From: an uncultured Desulfatitalea sp.
GTDB lineage: Bacteria > Desulfobacterota > Desulfobacteria > Desulfobacterales > Desulfosarcinaceae
Direction of reading: 5' to 3'
Length of the DNA stretch: 64,000 bases
Assembly: GCA_963668675.2 (NCBI GenBank)
Contig: CAXXMB010000002.1
Coordinates: 160,001 to 224,000 of the forward strand
Shown here piece after piece: positions 9,986 to 20,811 of this stretch (its first letter is position 1; every line of letters begins with the position of its first letter). The translations under genes and the position numbers were made by a program. Below the pieces are notes generated by a model that did no database searches, was not told where the DNA came from, and was given only the letters and a program-made list of their open reading frames with translations.

Positions 9986-11413
9986 TTATATGGAAAAACC
10001 GCCCAGCTTGGTCTCCAAGTACTCTTCAATGCCTTCGATGGCACCTTCCCGCCCCAACCCGCTCTCCTTCATGCCGCCAAAAGGCGCGGCCGCCGACGTC
10101 GGGTTGATGTCGTTAATGCCCACGATCCCGAAATGGAGCCCCTCGAACAGCCTGAAAGCGTTCTTCAGGTCGTTGGTATATACGTAGGATGCCAAACCGT
10201 AGTTGGTATCATTGGCCATGGCGAGCAGGTCGTCTCCATCGTCGTAAACGACGATCGGGGCAACCGGACCGAATGTCTCTTCCCGGTAGATCAACATCTC
10301 CGGTGTTACATGGCTCAAGATGGTCGGGGCAAAAAAGTGTCCCTTGTCGAGGGCGTCTTCGGTCAACCGCCGGCCGCCAATGACCAGCTCAGCTCCCTTG
10401 TCGATGGCGTCCTGCACCTGCCGATGGACTTTTTCCAGTGCCTGGTCGTTTACGAGCGGGCCGATGCGAACACCCGCCTCGAATCCCGACCCCGCTTTAA
10501 GTCCCGCGACCCTATTGGTCAACTCGTCCACAAAAGGTTGCACCATATCCGTGTGAACGAAGATGCGGTTGGGACTGATACACGCCTGGCCGGTGTTGAG
10601 AAACTTGACCAGCGACAACCCCTTGGCCGCATGGACCGGATCGGCATCCCGGCAAACGATAAACGGCGCGTGCCCGCCCAACTCCAACGAGACCCGCTTC
10701 ATTTGGGCGGCCGCCTCCCGCGCCAACATTTTTCCCACTTTGGTTGACCCGGTAAACGTAATCTTGCGGACCCGTGGATCGTTGAGGAACACGTCTCCGA
10801 TCGGTCCCGGTGCCAGGGCGGTTACCATATTGACCACACCCGCGGGCAGTTCGGCCTTTTCAAAAATTTCGAACACCGCTTTGGCACATAAAGGCGTGGC
10901 CTCGGCCGGTTTTAGCACGATGGTGCAACCGGCAGCCAGTGCGGGAGCAACCTTTCGCGTGATCATGGAAATGGGATAGTTCCAGGGGGTGACCGCGCCC
11001 ACCACACCGACCGGTTGATGCAACACGACAAACCGCTGATCGCCCCGTGCGGAAGGAATCGTCCGGCCGTAAATGCGCTTGGCCTCCTCGGCAAACCAAA
11101 GCAGAAAATCAGCGCCGTACTTGACCTCATTGCGAGCGGCTTGAATCGGCTTCCCCTGCTCCTCGGTCATGGTGGCGGCCAAGGACTCCAAATTTTCCAT
11201 CATCAGCGTGTGTGCCGTGTATAGAAACTGAGATCGCTGATAGGCCGTTTGAGCAGACCATGTTTGAAGCGCTTTGTGTGCGGCATCGATGGCTTTCGTC
11301 GCATCGGCTTGCCCGCCATCCGGAACTTGCCCGATGGCCTCGCCCGAGGCAGGATTAAAAGATTGAAAGCTACGCCCCCCTTCTGCCTCCACCCAATTGC
11401 CGTTGATAAACAT
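9986..11413 (-). CDS. gabD: NAD-dependent succinate-semialdehyde dehydrogenase
   Basis: TPWNYP, FTGSTKVG, LELGG, GQACIS, EETFGP motifs; start at MFING after GGAG. Confidence 0.85.
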   Translation of the reverse strand: MFINGNWVEAEGGRSFQSFNPASGEAIGQVPDGGQADATKAIDAAHKALQTWSAQTAYQRSQFLYTAHTLMMENLESLAATMTEEQGKPIQAARNEVKYGADFLLWFAEEAKRIYGRTIPSARGDQRFVVLHQPVGVVGAVTPWNYPISMITRKVAPALAAGCTIVLKPAEATPLCAKAVFEIFEKAELPAGVVNMVTALAPGPIGDVFLNDPRVRKITFTGSTKVGKMLAREAAAQMKRVSLELGGHAPFIVCRDADPVHAAKGLSLVKFLNTGQACISPNRIFVHTDMVQPFVDELTNRVAGLKAGSGFEAGVRIGPLVNDQALEKVHRQVQDAIDKGAELVIGGRRLTEDALDKGHFFAPTILSHVTPEMLIYREETFGPVAPIVVYDDGDDLLAMANDTNYGLASYVYTNDLKNAFRLFEGLHFGIVGINDINPTSAAAPFGGMKESGLGREGAIEGIEEYLETKLGGFSI

Positions 11414-11625
11414 TTTTTCTCCTTTACTGTGCCAGGGTAAGTGATTCAATAGCATGGTAATCAATTTCGGGCCACCAGGCAAGCCTGCTCACATGGCAAC
11501 CAGTGTTGCTGTCCAATTCGGTTTAGCGATTGAAATGAAACGCGTCAGGCTTTTACCCGAGCGGGGCGGTTGAGCATGGTAGACGAATGGCGAAAAATGT
11601 GCCTAATCTATCGCTGGAGACAGCG

Positions 11626-11774
11626 TTATTAACCCGGCAATAAAATAGAACAACCTACGTCATCCCGGACTTGATCCGGGATCCGCTGAAAACCCGGATA
11701 GCGCTAAAATTTCACTGCGTGCCAGCTTTCGCTGGAATGACGATTCCAAGTGCATTTAATTGCCGGGTTAATAA
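11626..11774. repeat. MITE/REP-like palindromic element
   Basis: Perfect 16-bp terminal inverted repeat TTATTAACCCGGCAAT...ATTGCCGGGTTAATAA around core CGTCATCCCGGACTTGATCCGGGATCC...GGAATGACG. Confidence 0.85.
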
Positions 11775-11826
11775 AAACCATGCTGCCCCATAGCATTGCG
11801 CTATGAGGTCTTCGGAGGGATTGAAT

Positions 11827-12267
11827 ATGGAGTGTTTAATGGATCATATCGTTTTGAATGTGGAAGATGATGAAACGATGATCGCCTTTTATTCAGAAGT
11901 ACTTCTATTCGCGCCTGAACGCATAGAAGAGTATAGCGCAGGGGACGTGCCATTTCCGTCCGTACGACTGAATGCCGACACGATCATCGACCTGTTCCCG
12001 AAAAGATTGTGGCAGAAAAGCGCCCAGGATAGGCACGGTGGCGATAACTTGAACCATTTCTGTGTTGCCTTGAGCAAGGAGGCGTGGATGGCGCTTTTGG
12101 AGCGACTTAAGGCCAACTCCGTCGCGATTGAAGAGGGCCCTGTTCCACGCTGGGGCGCGCACGGTACCGGAACGTCGATCTATTTTAAGGATCCGGAAGG
12201 GAACCTGATCGAAGCGCGGTATTATGAGAACGAAAATAGTTCCGAGAAATGTCTCCTCGGGTCTTAG
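11827..12267 (+). CDS. VOC / glyoxalase family protein
   Basis: DHIVLNV, NHFC, SIYFKDPEGNLIE motifs. Confidence 0.9.
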   Translation: MECLMDHIVLNVEDDETMIAFYSEVLLFAPERIEEYSAGDVPFPSVRLNADTIIDLFPKRLWQKSAQDRHGGDNLNHFCVALSKEAWMALLERLKANSVAIEEGPVPRWGAHGTGTSIYFKDPEGNLIEARYYENENSSEKCLLGS

Positions 12268-12938
12268 TTTGTTCCCAGATAAACCACATGCCTGAACCCG
12301 CCACGTCGCGATTGGTGGTGGGTGGTCAGAAAGCCTGCCCGTTTCATGCGCTGGGGAAAGCTGCCGTCGTAGTCTTCCCCCCAAACGGCGAATACCCCCC
12401 CTGGCTTGAGGGCCGCTTTGGCTGTTTGGACGGCGATACTTCCATAGAGAGGGTCATCACGCTTGTGGCTGTGGGTGTAAGGGCCAGTGTAAAGGTCCAG
12501 GATGATGGCATCGAGTTTATCGATTGCTTCATCCACAGCATAGTGGCGTATCAGGTGCACTACGTTGCAGATACTTACCTGGACGCGTGGGTCTGAGACG
12601 GCACCGCCCGTCAACTCGGCCAGCGGTCCCCGGCACCACGCCTCTACCACGGGATTCAATTCAGCCACTTCGACCCTGGCCGTTGCGGGCAGCGTGTCGA
12701 GGATGGCTTTGAGCGTAAAACCCATGCCAAGACCGCCCACGAGCACCCGCGGCTGGACGACCGCCTTGAGGTGTGCACAGGCAAGCTCTCCCAAGGCTTG
12801 CTCGGACCGATGGGCCATGCTGTTCATCAGCACGCGACCGTCCACGCAAATCAGAAAATCCCGCTCTCCGCGCTGCCGCAGCTCGAGAAGCCCCTCGTCA
12901 GTTCGGATGGATTCAATGGTTTGCCAGGGCAGTGCCAT
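12264..12938 (-). CDS. Spermidine synthase-like SAM-binding protein
   Basis: VLVGGLGMGFT, VAELNP, IILDLYTGP. Confidence 0.85.
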   Translation of the reverse strand: MALPWQTIESIRTDEGLLELRQRGERDFLICVDGRVLMNSMAHRSEQALGELACAHLKAVVQPRVLVGGLGMGFTLKAILDTLPATARVEVAELNPVVEAWCRGPLAELTGGAVSDPRVQVSICNVVHLIRHYAVDEAIDKLDAIILDLYTGPYTHSHKRDDPLYGSIAVQTAKAALKPGGVFAVWGEDYDGSFPQRMKRAGFLTTHHQSRRGGFRHVVYLGTN

Positions 12939-12957
12939 CGCTGACGTTACCTTCTTC

Positions 12958-14583
12958 TTATGCGGCCTTTTGAATCAAAGTTTCCCGGGTTTGCACGACT
13001 TCCGCGCTTTCAATGTACTCGTCGAATGTCATGCGCCGATCGATGAGGCCGGCGGGAGTGATCTCGATGATCCGGTTAACGACGGTATTCAAGCACTCAT
13101 GATCATGAGACGCAAACAAAATGACTTCCGGGAAATCGAGCAGGCCGTTGTTTAAGGAGGTGATCGATTCCAGGTCCAGGTGGTTGGTGGGTTCATCGAG
13201 CATCAGAACATTGGATTCGGAGAGCATCATCCTGGAGATCATACAACGCACTCTCTCCCCGCCGGAGAGGACGTTGATCTTTTTTGCAGCCTCTTCCCCG
13301 GAAAAAAGCATTCGCCCCAGGAAGGACCGCGCAAAGCTCTCGCCCTCTGTGGGGGGCGCAAACTGCAGGAGCCACTCGACAAGGCTCCGGTCTTCGTTGA
13401 AATAGGAGCTGTGCTCCTTGGGGAAGTATGAGTGCGTAATGGTTTGCCCCCAATTGAAAGTCCCGCTGTCCGGCGCCATCTCCCCGGCCAGGATTTGAAA
13501 GAGGGTGGTTTTGGCCAGGCTGTTGGCGCCCATAAAGGCGATCTTATCCCCGCCGTTGACGGTAAAACTCACATTGTTGAGTACTTTCTCACCTTCGATG
13601 GTCTTGGTGAGTCCGTCCACTTCCAGAATCATTTTGCCACAGGGGCGTTCCGGCTTGAATCGTATGAACGGATATTTTCTCGACGACACCGGCAGGTCCT
13701 CTACGGTGAGTTTTTCCAAGAGCTTCTTGCGGGATGTGGCCTGCTTCGATTTGGAGGCGTTGGAACTGAACCGCTGTATAAACGCTTTCAGCTCATTGGC
13801 GCGATCGGTGCTCTTCTTGTTTTCCGCCTGCTTCTGCCTCAGGTTCAGCTGGCTGGCCTGATACCAGAAATCGTAGTTGCCCTGGTAGACCGATATCTTG
13901 CCAAAATCGATGTCGGCAATATGGGTGCACACCCGGTTCATGAAATGGCGGTCATGCGATACCACGATCACCGTGTTCTGGAACCGAAAGAGAAAATCCT
14001 CAAGCCAGGCAATGGACTTGATGTCCAGGTTGTTGGTCGGTTCGTCGAGCAGCAGGATATCCGGGTTTCCGAACAGGGCCTGGGCCAGGAGGACGCGCAC
14101 CTTTTCCCCTCCTTCGAGCTCCTTCATCTTCTTATGATTGAGCGCCTCGGGGATTTGCAGGCTTTTTAAGAGAACCGCCGCTTCAGACTCCGCCTCATAG
14201 CCGTTCATCTCCTCGAATTGTGCCTCTAGCTCACTGGACCTGATGCCATCCGCTTCGGAAAAATCGGGCTTGGCATAGAGCGCCTCCCTCTCCGTCATGA
14301 TGGCATACAGCTTCTCATAGCCCATAATCACCGTGTTGAGTACTGTCTGCTCGTCAAAGGCAAAGTGGTCCTGCCTTAAAACCGCTATGCGTTCCCTGGC
14401 GCCCACGGACACGAACCCAGAGTCCGATTCGATCTCCCCGGCCAGAATTTTCAAAAATGTGGACTTTCCTGCCCCGTTTGCACCAATGAGACCGTAACAG
14501 TTGCACTGCGTGAATTTGATATTGACGTCTTTGAACAGCACCCGCTTGCCGTAGGCCAGGGTGACGTTGGTTGCACTAATCAT
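12958..14583 (-). CDS. ABC-F family ATPase
   Basis: Two ABC domains (GANGAGKST; LLLDEPTNNLD; LSGGE..MLDEPTNHLD), inter-domain linker, no TM segments. Confidence 0.95.
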   Translation of the reverse strand: MISATNVTLAYGKRVLFKDVNIKFTQCNCYGLIGANGAGKSTFLKILAGEIESDSGFVSVGARERIAVLRQDHFAFDEQTVLNTVIMGYEKLYAIMTEREALYAKPDFSEADGIRSSELEAQFEEMNGYEAESEAAVLLKSLQIPEALNHKKMKELEGGEKVRVLLAQALFGNPDILLLDEPTNNLDIKSIAWLEDFLFRFQNTVIVVSHDRHFMNRVCTHIADIDFGKISVYQGNYDFWYQASQLNLRQKQAENKKSTDRANELKAFIQRFSSNASKSKQATSRKKLLEKLTVEDLPVSSRKYPFIRFKPERPCGKMILEVDGLTKTIEGEKVLNNVSFTVNGGDKIAFMGANSLAKTTLFQILAGEMAPDSGTFNWGQTITHSYFPKEHSSYFNEDRSLVEWLLQFAPPTEGESFARSFLGRMLFSGEEAAKKINVLSGGERVRCMISRMMLSESNVLMLDEPTNHLDLESITSLNNGLLDFPEVILFASHDHECLNTVVNRIIEITPAGLIDRRMTFDEYIESAEVVQTRETLIQKAA

Positions 14584-14610
14584 TGTCGTTTTGTTTCCTT
14601 CCCATCAAAT

Positions 14611-14639
14611 AAAAAAACCGCAGGAACATTTCCCGCAGC
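14611..14639 (-). terminator. Terminator-like hairpin plus U-tract in the 5' leader of the ABC-F gene
   Basis: Minus strand CTGCGGGAA-ATG-TTCCTGCGG-TTTTTTT ending 27 nt before the ATG. Confidence 0.5.
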
Positions 14640-14809
14640 TCAAAAAAGAGAGGTTGCATACCACTATTCAGACGGAAAGGAAATCATTTCTTGGCTTTCC
14701 CATGTTGCCTTCACAGGATGCACACGCTATAACGCCCACCCGATCAGCGATGAATAGCTGAATATCGGACCCGACGCGCCTCAATACTGAAAGCCATAAG
14801 GAACCAAAC

Positions 14810-16354
14810 GTGGAGATAGAATCACACCCTCGCTATACCCCTCAGGATATCGATCATTGTATTGATATGCTGACGCATTTCGTTAATCACGATGAAGAGT
14901 TGGTGGCACTGCCAAGAGACAAGCAGATCGAGCTGATAAAAATGGCGGGGCAGCTCTCCAGACCGGATCGCCGCAAATTGAAAAAGCGCAACAAAGCCTT
15001 TCGGAAAATAAAAAAAGATCAGATCGTTTCTGCAGAACGAAAGGCCAGAGCCGCAACGGGGATTCGCCTGGCCAGGGCGGCGTCCGTATTTTCGGCACCG
15101 TTGCAACTCTCGGAGGGATCCGAATCGACAAGAGAAATTCGGGTACTGCAGTCACCCCGCAACTGCTATGTGTGCAAGGCTGAGTTCACCCGGCTGCACT
15201 TTTTTTATGACACGATGTGTCCACGGTGCGCCGAACTGAACTATCGAAAGCGTTTCCAGACGGCGGATTTAAGTGGGCAAGTAGCCCTGATCACCGGCTC
15301 ACGTCTGAAAATCGGTTATCAGGCCACCCTGATGATGCTAAGGTCCGGCGCGACCGTGATCGCCACGACCCGCTTTCCCATTGATTCGGCACTCAGGTAC
15401 GCAAAGGAGAAGGATTTCGACCAATGGGGAAGCCGCCTGCACATTTATGGGCTGGATTTAAGACATACGCCCAGTGTGGAGATTTTCTGCACGCATATTG
15501 AACACGCCTTCGGCCGGTTGGATATCCTCATCAACAATGCCGCCCAGACCGTGCGACGTCCGCCAGGCTTTTATGCCCATTTAATGCCCAATGAGGCCAA
15601 AGCACTCGACGATCTGCCCGAACGTGTGCAGAAGCTGATGATGAATTATCAAGCGTGCACGGACAGATTAAATGCGATTCCCGCGCGCCATCCGGATTCA
15701 GATCAGGCGCTGCCGGTTTCCTGGAACGGGACACAACCGGGAATCGGTTTGAGAGCCTCCGCCCAGCTGTCTCAAATCCCCTATGCGTATGACAATACTT
15801 TATCTACAGACGATGCTTTCCCCAAAGGACAATTGGATGTCGACCTGCAGCAGGTTGATCTGCGGACCACCAACAGCTGGCGGCTCAAACTCGGTGAAAT
15901 CCAGGCCTCGGAGATGATGGAGATTCAGCTCGTCAATGCCGTCGCACCGTTTGTGTTGTGCAACAGACTGGCGCCGTTGATGAAAAAGGAGATGACCGGC
16001 CAAAAACACATCGTGAATGTCTCTGCCATGGAAGGGAAGTTCATGCGCTTCAAGAAGGGGGAGCGTCATCCCCATACCAATATGGCCAAGGCAGCGCTCA
16101 ATATGCTGACCCATACGTCGGCCAGTGAGTTGGCCAACTATGGTATTTTTATGAATGCAGTGGATACCGGATGGGTCACCGATGAAGATCCGGCACAACT
16201 CTCCAGACGAAAACAGGATCTGCATGATTTCCAGCCGCCTCTGGATATCGTCGATGGTGCCGCGCGGGTATGCGATCCCTTTTTTGACGGAATCAACAGC
16301 GGCAACCACTGGTGCGGCAAGTTTTTGAAAGATTATTTCCCCATTGACTGGTAA
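14810..16354 (+). CDS. SDR family oxidoreductase with N-terminal Cys4 extension
   Basis: [41 protein letters not shown]. Confidence 0.88.
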   Translation: MEIESHPRYTPQDIDHCIDMLTHFVNHDEELVALPRDKQIELIKMAGQLSRPDRRKLKKRNKAFRKIKKDQIVSAERKARAATGIRLARAASVFSAPLQLSEGSESTREIRVLQSPRNCYVCKAEFTRLHFFYDTMCPRCAELNYRKRFQTADLSGQVALITGSRLKIGYQATLMMLRSGATVIATTRFPIDSALRYAKEKDFDQWGSRLHIYGLDLRHTPSVEIFCTHIEHAFGRLDILINNAAQTVRRPPGFYAHLMPNEAKALDDLPERVQKLMMNYQACTDRLNAIPARHPDSDQALPVSWNGTQPGIGLRASAQLSQIPYAYDNTLSTDDAFPKGQLDVDLQQVDLRTTNSWRLKLGEIQASEMMEIQLVNAVAPFVLCNRLAPLMKKEMTGQKHIVNVSAMEGKFMRFKKGERHPHTNMAKAALNMLTHTSASELANYGIFMNAVDTGWVTDEDPAQLSRRKQDLHDFQPPLDIVDGAARVCDPFFDGINSGNHWCGKFLKDYFPIDW

Positions 16355-16439
16355 GGTGGGCGAAGTGATTTTATTTCGCCGACTCCCCTGCCCGCGGCCA
16401 TCTCCTGGCGGCTGCCGCTGAAAGGCCATAAAATTGCCC

Positions 16440-17156
16440 ATGAAACCAAATTTCGAACAACTCGATTTCCAGAAGACCCACATGGGTGACCTGGTCCTTC
16501 AGCGCCGGACGATGCTCTCTCTCAAGGGACGCGACGTTTACGAGGTGAAGCTTGGCGAGGCGTATCTCATGTCTAGCCTGTTTCACGACTCGGAGGTGGC
16601 CCTTGCCACTATCGGCCTCGGTGAGTTGGTCGGCACCGGGTGGGACATCGTGGTGGGCGGCCTCGGTCTGGGGTATACGGCGGCAGCGGCTTTAAAATTC
16701 AAACAGGTCGAGCGGCTGATCGTCATCGAAGCGCTGGCGCCGGTAATCGATTGGCATCGCCGGGGATTGGTGCCCAACGGCAATCTGCTTACCCTCGATG
16801 GGCGATGTATTTACCGGCACGCCGATTTTTTCGAGCTGGCCCGGGGCGATGGCTTCGATCCGGATGCGGACGGCACACAGTTTGATGCCATTTTGCTGGA
16901 TATTGATCACACCCCGGAGTCCTGGCTGCACAGCAGTCACGCCGACCTCTATTCAGAAGACGGCCTGAACCGACTGAAATCATTTTTAAAACCCCGGGGC
17001 ATCTTCGCTCTCTGGTCTAATGATGTGCCTGAAGAGGGATTCCTTCAACGTCTTTCTACTGTGTTCGCAAGCGCCGAAGGTCGCAAGGTTCAATTTGACA
17101 ACCCTCTTCAGCAGGCATTGGCCACCAATGGCGTATACATCGCCCGTTGCAGCTAA
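16440..17156 (+). CDS. Spermidine synthase-like SAM-binding protein
   Basis: VVGGLGLGYT, AILLDIDHTP. Confidence 0.85.
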   Translation: MKPNFEQLDFQKTHMGDLVLQRRTMLSLKGRDVYEVKLGEAYLMSSLFHDSEVALATIGLGELVGTGWDIVVGGLGLGYTAAAALKFKQVERLIVIEALAPVIDWHRRGLVPNGNLLTLDGRCIYRHADFFELARGDGFDPDADGTQFDAILLDIDHTPESWLHSSHADLYSEDGLNRLKSFLKPRGIFALWSNDVPEEGFLQRLSTVFASAEGRKVQFDNPLQQALATNGVYIARCS

Positions 17157-17261
17157 CCTGAGTTTGACACGAATGCCTCAAACGCCAACTGGATGTTGGA
17201 AAAATGGGGCTCTCTCGTGCGCCCCTTCGTTCCCCATGCTGTTAAGGGTGTTCTCTATCCA

Positions 17262-17549
17262 CTATTTCTCGCAGCATTTTTTATACTTTTTACCGCTGCC
17301 ACACGGGCAGGGATCATTGCGGCCTACTTTTTTCTCGGCAATGATCGGTTTTTGGGGATTCAACAGCAGGTCCAGATCGTTTGTATCTTCCGGTTTATCG
17401 GCATCCAATACAATCGTATAGTTCCAGTCGTTTTCTTTAAAAATAGATTCTATCTCTTTTACCCTTTCCTTGGTTTTGACACTCACCGCTGCGGGATTCT
17501 TTTCAGTCCCCAATTTGGCTCTCTTTTTACCATCAAATGTTTTTTCCAT
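17262..17549 (-). CDS. SEC-C metal-binding motif protein (PBPRA1643-like)
   Basis: C-terminal [28 protein letters not shown]-terminal motif. Confidence 0.9.
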   Translation of the reverse strand: MEKTFDGKKRAKLGTEKNPAAVSVKTKERVKEIESIFKENDWNYTIVLDADKPEDTNDLDLLLNPQKPIIAEKKVGRNDPCPCGSGKKYKKCCEK

Positions 17550-17985
17550 TTTTTCACCATTAAGGTCGTTTAGGATTCCTTCGTAGACTATCAATCATCA
17601 TGCAAGCGCCCGGGATATTGCAGGTCCGTTGCTAATTGCATGTGCGCACATAAGCCAAAAATGTTCAACTGTTTAGAAGCTGATTCGATGCCAGCTCTTC
17701 TCGACGGACACTTCTGGGCCTGAAACCCGATAGGGATCAGAGAGCATTTTTCTTCATCGTTGAAGCTTGTCCTGATAGTAACCAGGCAAGAGGGATTCTT
17801 GACGCTGCCGTTGACGGATCACCTATCATAGTTAAATTATTATAATTGTCATTCAAATGGGAATTGGTTCAAAATGTGGCCAAATCGATCTGACAAACGT
17901 TAACTGTTGAGTGCTTTAGCAAACGGTGCCTGCGTGTTGTGAAGACAATTGGCTCTGCTGGTCACACATCAGAAAGAGAGGCGTC

Positions 17986-18804
17986 ATGCCACTTTTCATG
18001 GATCGACATGAAATTCTCGGATCGACAGCTGAAGACGTAGCAAAGGCTCACCATAGCGATCTTGAAGCCCAGGCCCGCCACTTCTGCAAGGCGCTGACAT
18101 ACTGGTACGATGAGTCTCGCGGGACTGCATTTTGTCTCATTGAAGCCCCGTCGGCAAATGCGGTACGCAATCTGCACAAGGAAGCCCATGGCCTCATCCC
18201 GAATCAAATTATGGAGGTTGACGCCTCGATGGTGGCCCAGTTCCTGGGAAGGATTACCGATCCTGAATCCACTGAGGGGCAGCCAATTCAGGACAGTGCA
18301 TTTAGGGCGATTCTGTTTGTTGACATGGCAAGCTCCACGGACATTACCAAGGCGCTCGGAGACGCCAAGGCCCTAGGCCTCGTGCACAGGTACCGGGATA
18401 TCGTCCGCAGGGCTCTCGCGGACAATGGTGGAAGGGAGGTCGATCGTGCCGGCGACGGCTTCCTCACGAGTTTTTCGTCCGCTTACGCCGCTGTGAGGTG
18501 TGCGATCACGATCCAGCGCGAACTGGCCATAGACAACGTTGGCAGGGCGGATGGCGTGGCGGTAGAGGCCAGAATCGGCATCGGAGCCGGCGAACCAGTT
18601 CGAGACGGCGACGCACTTTTCGGCTCCACCGTCAACCTCACATCGCGCATCTGCGACTGCGGCGAGCCGGGTCAAATCATCGCTGCCAGGATTGTTCGTG
18701 AACTTTGCATAGGCAAAGAGGCCATCTTTAAGTCACTTGGCGCTAAAATGCTCAAAGGGTTTGACGACCCCACCGAACTTGAACTCGTCGAATGGCAGGA
18801 ATAG
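17986..18804 (+). CDS. DUF4242 (SCO4226-like) domain fused to class III nucleotide cyclase
   Basis: N-term FMDRH..AH..YW..FCLIEAP..H..AHG; C-term ILFVD, AGDGF, RIGI, FGSTVNLTSRI; GAGG RBS before ATG 17986. Confidence 0.85.
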   Translation: MPLFMDRHEILGSTAEDVAKAHHSDLEAQARHFCKALTYWYDESRGTAFCLIEAPSANAVRNLHKEAHGLIPNQIMEVDASMVAQFLGRITDPESTEGQPIQDSAFRAILFVDMASSTDITKALGDAKALGLVHRYRDIVRRALADNGGREVDRAGDGFLTSFSSAYAAVRCAITIQRELAIDNVGRADGVAVEARIGIGAGEPVRDGDALFGSTVNLTSRICDCGEPGQIIAARIVRELCIGKEAIFKSLGAKMLKGFDDPTELELVEWQE

Positions 18805-19112
18805 GGCAGCCAGAGATGCAGTACGCCACAAAGTTACTGATCATTTTTCAATACTCAAATTCATTTAATTCGACCCGCCTTCTGATTGACCAGCCGTATT
18901 ATTCATCTCCTTTCCAACATCAAACGAGTTAGAAACTTGACTTTAAAAGCACCCGCGGTAATTAAACACTGATGTTTACAAAATAGAGTGAACTCAGCTT
19001 TTGGGTTTCGCAAAATCTACATACGGAGGCGATTCCAGTGCAAATATAGGATTCGCCCCTGGATGAGGAATTGTAGATTTCAACCGCAGCACTTCAGCCA
19101 TAGGAGGAGAGC

Positions 19113-19634
19113 ATGAGTAAAACATCCGATAACTTGAAAGCCGCATTTACCGGAGAATCCGAAGCCCGCAACAAGTATACCTTTTTTGCCGAAGTTGCCC
19201 GCAAAGAGGGCTACCTGTATCTTGCAAAGATCTTCGAAGAGACCGCTGAAAACGAACGCCAGCATGCCAAAGACCATCTGTTGCTGTTGGGCGGGCTCGG
19301 TGATACGGTTGCCAACCTCAAATCTGCTGTGGGTGGTGAAAATTACGAGGTCGAAAGCATGTATCCGCAGTTTGCCAAAGAGGCCGAGGAGGAGGGCGAA
19401 AAAAAGGCGGCCAACGCCTTCAAGCAGGTCGCCAAAATCGAGGCGCACCATCGGGAACGCTACAAGAAGCTGCTGGCCATGGTCGAGGCCGGAACCGTTT
19501 ATAAACGCGACCAACCGATCAAATGGAAGTGCAGCGTGTGCGGGTATATCGTCGAAGCTAAGGAGCCGCCCCAAAAGTGCCCTTCATGCGAACACCCTCA
19601 AAAATTCTATGAGCCCGCCAATATGGATATTTAG
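19113..19634 (+). CDS. rbr: Rubrerythrin
   Basis: AFTGESEARNKY, ENERQHA, EAHH, C-terminal CSVC..CPSC rubredoxin-like site. Confidence 0.95.
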   Translation: MSKTSDNLKAAFTGESEARNKYTFFAEVARKEGYLYLAKIFEETAENERQHAKDHLLLLGGLGDTVANLKSAVGGENYEVESMYPQFAKEAEEEGEKKAANAFKQVAKIEAHHRERYKKLLAMVEAGTVYKRDQPIKWKCSVCGYIVEAKEPPQKCPSCEHPQKFYEPANMDI

Positions 19635-19699
19635 AGGACAACGCCGGTAACCCTGGTGACCGCCTCCTAAACTTGGAACGTAAAGGGTTTGAACTGAAG

Positions 19700-20605
19700 A
19701 TGCGCAAGTTAGCTTTTGGATACTCGACCCGGTGCAACATCCGGTGCGCGCACTGCGTGGCCACTGAGGATACGCCAAACCGAAGACGGATGGATTTCGA
19801 TCAGGCCAAAGAGATCATCCTGGGGTTGGCCCGGGCCGGCGTCGGCGGCATCAGTTTCTCCGCCGGAGAACCCCTGCTCTATTTCGATGAGATTGCAGCG
19901 CTTGTGAACGTGTGCCGTCAGCTCGGCATCTATACAAGAGTTGTGACCAACAGTTATTGGGCTAAAACCGCCGATGCGTCGGACCGCCTGGTTGCTGAAC
20001 TGAAGGAAAACGGGCTTTGCCAATTGAGGCTGAGTTGCTCAAGATGGCATCAGGAACATGTCGACAAACGCAATGTGTTGAATGCGGCCCTGAGTTGCCA
20101 AAAGGTTGGACTCGATTATTTTATCTCATTCGTCACCGATTTTTCCAAAAGCGACGAACCTTATGAGCAGTATTTGCGTGATCATGGTCTCACCTACTTT
20201 CCGGAACCTGTCATCTATGCAGGTCGTGCGGACGGCTTCCCACGCCAGCGCCTCCGGACCGATTATCAGTCAAACTGCTGCGACATGAACCCCTATCTCA
20301 CTCCAGACTTGGACATGTACGCCTGTTGCGACGCGGGGACCTATTTCCCAGACACAAACTTTTTTCACCTCGGAAGTCTTGAAGACCATACAATCGAGCA
20401 ACTTTTCGCCAAAAGCGAAACAGACCGGTTGTACAACCTCATCAGAACCATGGGGATTACCAATATTGCATCGTTTGCCGGAATGAAATCACGGGAGATC
20501 ATCACCTATCGCAAATGCGACCTGTGCCGCAAACTGTTCGACTCTCCGGAAACGTTAGGAAGGCTGCGCGATGAGGTTTCACAATTAGAGGCCTGGCATC
20601 GGTAG
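19700..20605 (+). CDS. Radical SAM protein
   Basis: CNIRCAHC (CxxxCxxC), SAGEP, VTN; extra C-terminal Cys residues. Confidence 0.92.
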   Translation: MRKLAFGYSTRCNIRCAHCVATEDTPNRRRMDFDQAKEIILGLARAGVGGISFSAGEPLLYFDEIAALVNVCRQLGIYTRVVTNSYWAKTADASDRLVAELKENGLCQLRLSCSRWHQEHVDKRNVLNAALSCQKVGLDYFISFVTDFSKSDEPYEQYLRDHGLTYFPEPVIYAGRADGFPRQRLRTDYQSNCCDMNPYLTPDLDMYACCDAGTYFPDTNFFHLGSLEDHTIEQLFAKSETDRLYNLIRTMGITNIASFAGMKSREIITYRKCDLCRKLFDSPETLGRLRDEVSQLEAWHR

Positions 20606-20811
20606 TCTTTCAATTCATAGAAAAACATACAGCGTTCACATGGAAACCGACACTCGCCGTTCACCTTGGTTTGACGTTTGTATCAAAATGAGTCGGCTAT
20701 TTACCTGGACTGGCACTCTATTTCATTGTGATAAATACCGGTGTGGCATATGCAATAATCTCAAAACATCACCACTCTTCTTAAAGAGAATATGATCGGG
20801 ATTGGAGTATA

